From assembly GCA_964487195.1 (NCBI GenBank), contig CAZAPV010000002.1, forward strand, positions 1 through 37,285: DNA of 37,285 bases, in the 5' to 3' direction. Under the pieces are notes generated by a model. The model had not been told where the DNA came from. It did no database searches and saw only the letters and a program-made list of their open reading frames with translations. Of the stretch, positions 33,014-37,285 are shown one piece after another (position 1 is the stretch's first letter; each line of letters opens with the position of its first letter). Source of the stretch: an uncultured Gammaproteobacteria bacterium. Its GTDB lineage: Bacteria; Patescibacteriota; Patescibacteriia; SG8-24. A program made the position numbers and the translations under genes.

Positions 33014-33853
33014 TCACAGCAGATTGGACGCGCCGAACCACATAACCATCATCTCGGGGTCAACCGCGCCGCAGGCGTAATTTTTGTTGTACGCCGCGGA
33101 CTGCTCCTTGAAGTAGCGCTCGCCGTACTCGCCGCCGAGCAGCTTCGTCGCGAGCATCGCGTCCGAATCGTCCGGCGTTTGGATCGGGCCGAACGCTTCG
33201 TGCGCGCGCGTCATGTTGCGCTGCGGGATCAGCTCGCTCCAGTCGCCGTTGCCGAAGCAGATCAGATGGAGCGCCAGTTCGCGCTCCACGACATCGAACG
33301 CGAGCGTGGCGGTGAACCTCGCGACGTGTTCGATCGGGATGCACGAGACCGCGCGGCCGAAGCCGAGCGACGCGATCATCTGCCCGATCACCCGCGCCTG
33401 GTGGCCGGTGTTTTGCGACAGCTGCTCCGTCGAACAGTGCCGCCGGTAGGCATTCGCGGTGAGCCGGTTGAAATCGTCGTACAGGTCCGCGGCCGGACGT
33501 TCGCCGTATAGCGATTCCAGCCCGTAGACCCCGCCGGTGAACAGCACGTGGAACGGGTTGCCCGCGTTCTCGGCGATCTTCACCGCCTGCACCGCCGCGG
33601 TGAGCTGGCCGTTCACCGAGCCGTCCGCCGGACAGCCGCGTTCGCCGACCAGGACGAGCGTCGGCGCGCCCGGCCTCTGCTTGATCGATTGCTGCAGATG
33701 ACGGACGTTGTGCTGCCACGGCGCGGTCGCGAACGTCAGGTACCGCACCAGATACGGGTACTTGTTTCCCCAGAGCATCGAGAGCGGTTTTTGATACGGC
33801 GCGATCGCCCGTTCGAGCCTGGCGGCGTTTTGTGAATGAACAGCGGTCGTCAT
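33014..33853 (-). CDS. Hypothetical protein, possibly DUF218/YdcF-like
   Basis: RBS AAGGAGG lies 6 nt upstream of ATG 33853. HVLFTGGVYG and ..STEQLSQNTGHQA.. loosely resemble the GG / S.nT.eN motifs of DUF218. The assignment is weak. Confidence 0.45.
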   Translation of the reverse strand: MTTAVHSQNAARLERAIAPYQKPLSMLWGNKYPYLVRYLTFATAPWQHNVRHLQQSIKQRPGAPTLVLVGERGCPADGSVNGQLTAAVQAVKIAENAGNPFHVLFTGGVYGLESLYGERPAADLYDDFNRLTANAYRRHCSTEQLSQNTGHQARVIGQMIASLGFGRAVSCIPIEHVARFTATLAFDVVERELALHLICFGNGDWSELIPQRNMTRAHEAFGPIQTPDDSDAMLATKLLGGEYGERYFKEQSAAYNKNYACGAVDPEMMVMWFGASNLL

Positions 33854-34028
33854 CCGGAACCTCCTTTGCGTCGTCACGGTTGACGCCCCTACGCTAGCGC
33901 AGACGGAGGTGGTTGTCAATTGGGGGGAGTCCTCTCAGATTGCTTCTTTTCGTCGTACCTGCCAAGGTCAAAAAGGCGGCTCGTTTCGGGCCGCGCACGT
34001 TCCTTTCAATCAGCATGAAGGAGACCCC

Positions 34029-35825
34029 ATGTCCCGCAAACCTCTTTTTGTCGGTTTGTCGCTCGTTGCCGGACTGGTGCTGTTCGGCGTTATCCTGGCC
34101 AAGACTGCGCCCACGTCGTATGAAGTGCCGATCAACGAGCTGATCGACAAGGCCGAATCGGGCAGCGTCATCTACGTCATGTTCGAGAACCGTCGTATCG
34201 TGGCCGAGGTGAAGCCGACGACTCCCAAGGAGCCGAAGGAAGTGTCCTCATTCGCCAGATACCCCAAGGACAAGACGGAACTGATGCGTGTCCTGGATGA
34301 AAAGAAGGTTCCGTATACGGAGGCGGAACCGTCGGCGTTCTGGCCTGTGCTCATATCGATGCTGCCGATTATCGTCATGGTGGGCATTGTCTTCATGATG
34401 AGACGAGGTTTCGCGAAGCAGACGGAGCCCGCCAACAGCAAGGCAAAGCCGCAGAGCGAAATACCGCCCACGACGTTCAACGACGTGGCCGGCGCGGATG
34501 AAGCGGTCGCCGAGGCCCGCGGGCCGGTGGAGTTCCTCAAGAACCCGTCGAAGTACGCGAAGATCGGCGCGAAGATGCCGAGCGGCTGCCTGCTCATCGG
34601 TCCGCCCGGCACCGGCAAGACGCTCCTGGCGCGCGCCATCGCGGGCGAGGCCGGGGTGCCGTTCTTCTTCAAGGCCGGCTCCGCGTTCGTGGAGACGTAT
34701 GTCGGCGTCGGCGCCTCTCGCGTCCGCAATCTGTTCGCGGAGGCGAAGAAACGCGCCCCCTGCATCGTCTTCATCGACGAGCTCGATGCGATCGCCAAGA
34801 AGCGCGGCGGCTTTTCGAATGGCGAGTACGAACACACCCTGAACCAGCTCCTCGTCGAGATGGACGGCTTCGAGCCCAACGCCGGCGTCTTCGTCATCGC
34901 CGCGACCAACCGTCCCGAGGTGCTCGATCCGGCGGTGCTCCGTCCCGGCCGATTCACGCGACATATCGCGGTGCCCGCTCCGGACATCCGCGGCCGCGAG
35001 AAAATTCTCCGAGTCCACGCCAAAAACAAGCCGCTCGCGCCCGACGTCGACCTGCATGCGTTGGCTCGCGGCACGCCCGGCATGACCGGCGCGGACCTGG
35101 AAAACGTGCTGAACGAAGCGGCGATTTTCGCCGCCGACGCCGGCAAATCCGTCATCGAGCTCCGCGACATCACCGCGGCCTGCGAGAAGGTTCGCGGCGG
35201 AGCCGAACGCAGCATGGTCCTTTCGGACCGCGTGAAACGGGTCATCGCCTATCACGAGGCCGGCCACACGCTCGCCGGATATTTCACCGCCTGGCATGAT
35301 CCGACCAACAAGGTCACGATCATCCCGCGCGGCATGTCGCTCGGCAGCACCTGGTACCTGCCGGAGGAGGATCAACACCTTCTCACCAAGGAGCAACTGC
35401 TGGGCAAGATCGTGGGACTGTACGGCGGCCGCGCGGCGGAAGAGATAGCGTTCGGCCCCGAGCACGTCACGACCGGCGCCGGCAACGATCTGGAGCGCGC
35501 GACCGAGCTCGCCCACACCATGGTCGAAAAGTACGGCATGGGCGACAAGTTCGGCCCTCCGCGCGTCTACGGCGGCAGGGAGAGCGGGACGATGTTCGGC
35601 GCGAGCGCGCAGGACTACAGCCAGGACACGAGGCGCAAGATCGAATGCCAAATCGATACTATCTTGCGACAGTGTTACGAGCGCGCCAAAGACATCCTCA
35701 AGACGAGGAAGCCAAAGCTGGATGAGATGGCAGCGAGGCTGATCGAGCAAGAAACGCTCGACCGCGCCGAGATCGAGGCGATGCTCGGACCGCGGCCGGC
35801 AACCGACGATCCCGAGCCGGCATAA
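34029..35825 (+). CDS. ftsH: ATP-dependent zinc metalloprotease FtsH
   Basis: RBS AAGGAG. Two TM segments, Walker A GPPGTGKTLLARAIAGEAGVPFF, Walker B IVFIDELDA, SRH ATNRPEVLDPAVLRPGRF, and the zinc motif HEAGHTL. Confidence 0.95.
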   Translation: MSRKPLFVGLSLVAGLVLFGVILAKTAPTSYEVPINELIDKAESGSVIYVMFENRRIVAEVKPTTPKEPKEVSSFARYPKDKTELMRVLDEKKVPYTEAEPSAFWPVLISMLPIIVMVGIVFMMRRGFAKQTEPANSKAKPQSEIPPTTFNDVAGADEAVAEARGPVEFLKNPSKYAKIGAKMPSGCLLIGPPGTGKTLLARAIAGEAGVPFFFKAGSAFVETYVGVGASRVRNLFAEAKKRAPCIVFIDELDAIAKKRGGFSNGEYEHTLNQLLVEMDGFEPNAGVFVIAATNRPEVLDPAVLRPGRFTRHIAVPAPDIRGREKILRVHAKNKPLAPDVDLHALARGTPGMTGADLENVLNEAAIFAADAGKSVIELRDITAACEKVRGGAERSMVLSDRVKRVIAYHEAGHTLAGYFTAWHDPTNKVTIIPRGMSLGSTWYLPEEDQHLLTKEQLLGKIVGLYGGRAAEEIAFGPEHVTTGAGNDLERATELAHTMVEKYGMGDKFGPPRVYGGRESGTMFGASAQDYSQDTRRKIECQIDTILRQCYERAKDILKTRKPKLDEMAARLIEQETLDRAEIEAMLGPRPATDDPEPA

Positions 35826-35829
35826 AGAC

Positions 35830-35856
35830 AAACCCTCCGCTCATCGGAGGGTTTTT
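35830..35856. terminator. Bidirectional intrinsic terminator after ftsH
   Basis: CCCTCCG-CTCAT-CGGAGGG followed by TTTTTATTT. It overlaps the stop of the convergent 35855..36283 gene. Confidence 0.75.
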
Positions 35857-36283
35857 ATTTAGTTTCGTAGGGATTTTTCGGCTTCAATTTTTTTGCCTTC
35901 TCTTCCTTGAAAACTTCAGAGCCCACCCAGGCGGCGAATACCGTCGAGCTTGCCAGAATTATTTCCAAGACGGTTTTATCTGACATCTGCGGCATCGCTG
36001 CAGAGGCCGCATCATATAATTTTTGCATCTTTTCCGGTGCGACGGCGTTCGCGATCATGGGCGATGCGGCAAGGGCCGCTCCCGCAGCGATCATTAATCT
36101 TGCCTGGGCCGTCTTGCGCTTGGGGTCCAGCGATTTCATTGCATGCACGTCCACGCTCTTCACATCTTCGGCCAATCCTTTTGCATTCGATTCAAATTGC
36201 AAAGCCGCGGCTCGATACAGCGCTTCCGGCGTCTCTTGATCCGCGCCTCGTTCGCCTACGCCGCCCTCGAATCGTTCAGGCAT
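35855..36283 (-). CDS. Hypothetical protein with two hydrophobic segments and a Lys-rich tail
   Basis: 142-aa ORF in a visibly lower-GC stretch. Hydrophobic segments: ARLMIAAGAALAASPMIANAV and VLEIILASSTVFAAWVG. No recognisable family. Confidence 0.5.
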   Translation of the reverse strand: MPERFEGGVGERGADQETPEALYRAAALQFESNAKGLAEDVKSVDVHAMKSLDPKRKTAQARLMIAAGAALAASPMIANAVAPEKMQKLYDAASAAMPQMSDKTVLEIILASSTVFAAWVGSEVFKEEKAKKLKPKNPYETK

Positions 36284-36286
36284 AGA

Positions 36287-36436
36287 TTATTCTTTCGTGA
36301 TTTTCGCCGTTGATAAAAGTTGCCGCATCTGGTCTATGGCGGCGTTTAACTCTTTATAAAAAATCGTCTTCTCTTCTTGGGTCGCGGACCCATTTCCCAC
36401 TTTTGTTCCCAATGATTTCAGCTCTTCAGGAGTCAT
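36287..36436 (-). CDS. Small 49-aa ORF upstream of 35855..36283 (below the ORF-track cutoff)
   Basis: My translation: MTPEELKSLGTKVGNGSATQEEKTIFYKELNAAIDQMRQLLSTAKITKE. The TAA stop lies 3 nt before the next ATG. Both starts share the context ATAATCTATG. Confidence 0.35.
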   Translation of the reverse strand: MTPEELKSLGTKVGNGSATQEEKTIFYKELNAAIDQMRQLLSTAKITKE

Positions 36437-36510
36437 AGATTATCAGCGATGCGATGCGCACATTCATACAGCATAGACCAACCGCAAGAAAAGTTAAATC
36501 TTGCCGCGGT

Positions 36511-36539
36511 TTGACAGCAACCCGAGGCGGCACTACTGT
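36511..36539 (+). promoter_or_regulatory. Sigma70-like promoter for 36587..37246
   Basis: TTGACA (36511-36516), 17 bp spacer, TACTGT (36534-36539). Confidence 0.45.
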
Positions 36540-36586
36540 CGTAGTGTCACGTTTAAATCATTTGTACGACGGTAACGCGCGTTCCT

Positions 36587-37246
36587 ATGCTTCGCACCAA
36601 TGTTGCAATCATCGGACAGGGGCAAAATTCACGGATTTCAATGGCGGCCGGCTTCCTCATCGCCGCATCCATGTTATTGCTTTTGTCCCTTTTTGTTCCG
36701 GTAAGGGCCGGAAATGCGGAAACGCAATCATGCGGCGTCGATCAAGCCCAGCCGGTCATCGATGGCACGACGATCGGCGCGCTCCTCCTCAACGGTTACG
36801 AGCACGCGCAAGTTGTGACGCAGGGCGTTTCCGGAAGCCTTACTCGCGTCAGCCTTCCAGTAGCCTGCTCGTCGGGCGGCAGTCTGAAGGTGGAGATCAG
36901 AGGTGTCACGGGCGGCCGGCCGAACGGCACGGTGCTGGCGTCGCAGGTCTATCCGCAAGCGAGTCTTTCGCCGAGTTTGTTTACGACGTTCGCCAACCTC
37001 TCGCTTTCGAATCCGGTGTTCTTTCCGGCTGGCGCGAAGTTCGCGATCGTTTTCACGCCCGCCTCGTCTGTAAATTGCTTTGTCGCCAACGGTCCGGTCG
37101 GCAATCCATACGCGGGAGGCGATGCCTGGTACCGGCCCATCGGCAGCACGGAGTGGGGGAAACCGGTCGCTTCGTACGGCGGGGCGAGGTATGATTTTCC
37201 TTTCAAGACCGAGGTCTGCCACGGTCAGGGAGCCAGCCAACGCTAA
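36587..37246 (+). CDS. Hypothetical secreted protein
   Basis: Signal-peptide-like segment MAAGFLIAASMLLLLSLFVPVRA|GNAE (alternative start ATG 36641). The mature part is Gly/Ser/Val-rich and beta-like. No recognisable family. Confidence 0.55.
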   Translation: MLRTNVAIIGQGQNSRISMAAGFLIAASMLLLLSLFVPVRAGNAETQSCGVDQAQPVIDGTTIGALLLNGYEHAQVVTQGVSGSLTRVSLPVACSSGGSLKVEIRGVTGGRPNGTVLASQVYPQASLSPSLFTTFANLSLSNPVFFPAGAKFAIVFTPASSVNCFVANGPVGNPYAGGDAWYRPIGSTEWGKPVASYGGARYDFPFKTEVCHGQGASQR

Positions 37247-37285
37247 GAGGAAATCAACCGTTCTCGCTATCATAAAACGCTCTCC

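Noticed and set aside
1180-35831. Many long ORFs antisense to, or out of frame with, recognisable genes. Examples: 1180..2505, 2632..4050, 9549..11411, 18894..21305, 20167..21525, 22550..23521, 27230..28114, 28012..29004, 31298..32908, 34248..35831.
   Set aside because: They fully overlap genes with unmistakable conserved motifs (dnaN, dnaA, hppA, pnp, xer, the GT2 genes, rfbG, ftsH). They are Arg/Ala/Pro/Gly-biased, as expected for stop-poor frames in high-GC DNA. They also lack RBS or promoter context.
1-37285. Alternative genetic code (UGA recoding), as seen in some candidate phyla.
   Set aside because: TGA terminates several well-conserved genes at their expected C-termini (rnpA, nfo, tig, rfbF, comM). 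Conserved proteins show no in-frame TGA.

Overview
High-GC bacterial chromosomal window around the dnaA neighbourhood. It looks like a small-genome, possibly CPR/Patescibacteria-like organism, but that is a by-eye impression, not a classification.

Gene order:
- class-A PBP 3' fragment, then dnaN-dnaA (minus) diverging from rpmH-rnpA-yidD (plus)
- tig-nfo-DUF167 operon
- a three-gene accessory block: lipoprotein / nuclease-like+OB-like protein / paralogous lipoprotein
- H+-pyrophosphatase, LysM-M23 peptidase, comM/yifB, SPFH protein
- two overlapping small C2HC zinc-finger ORFs
- dksA-like-lspA operon
- a 0.5-kb low-GC non-coding island
- rpsO-NYN-pnp-secreted protein operon
- Xer recombinase, DEDDh exonuclease, amidohydrolase
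- a roughly 7.5-kb glycan locus (rfbD-like, two cupins, four GT2 domains, rfbF-rfbG)
- DUF218-like gene, ftsH, and a lower-GC tail of small hypothetical genes

I found no rRNA, tRNA, CRISPR array, transposase or recognisable defence or toxin system. Many long antisense ORFs in the track are high-GC artefacts.

The least-explained signals are non-coding:
1. A candidate stand-alone structured RNA of about 350 nt (17381-17734, minus) with its own promoter and terminator.
2. A cluster of DnaA-box-like 9-mers next to it, 14 kb from dnaA.
3. A 39-bp compound palindrome built from the same 9-mers, present twice (16157-16195 and 24144-24182). One copy sits on the -35 region of the exonuclease promoter.
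4. An orphan terminator with a possible sRNA upstream of rpsO.

All protein identifications are by-eye motif recognition. No searches were run.
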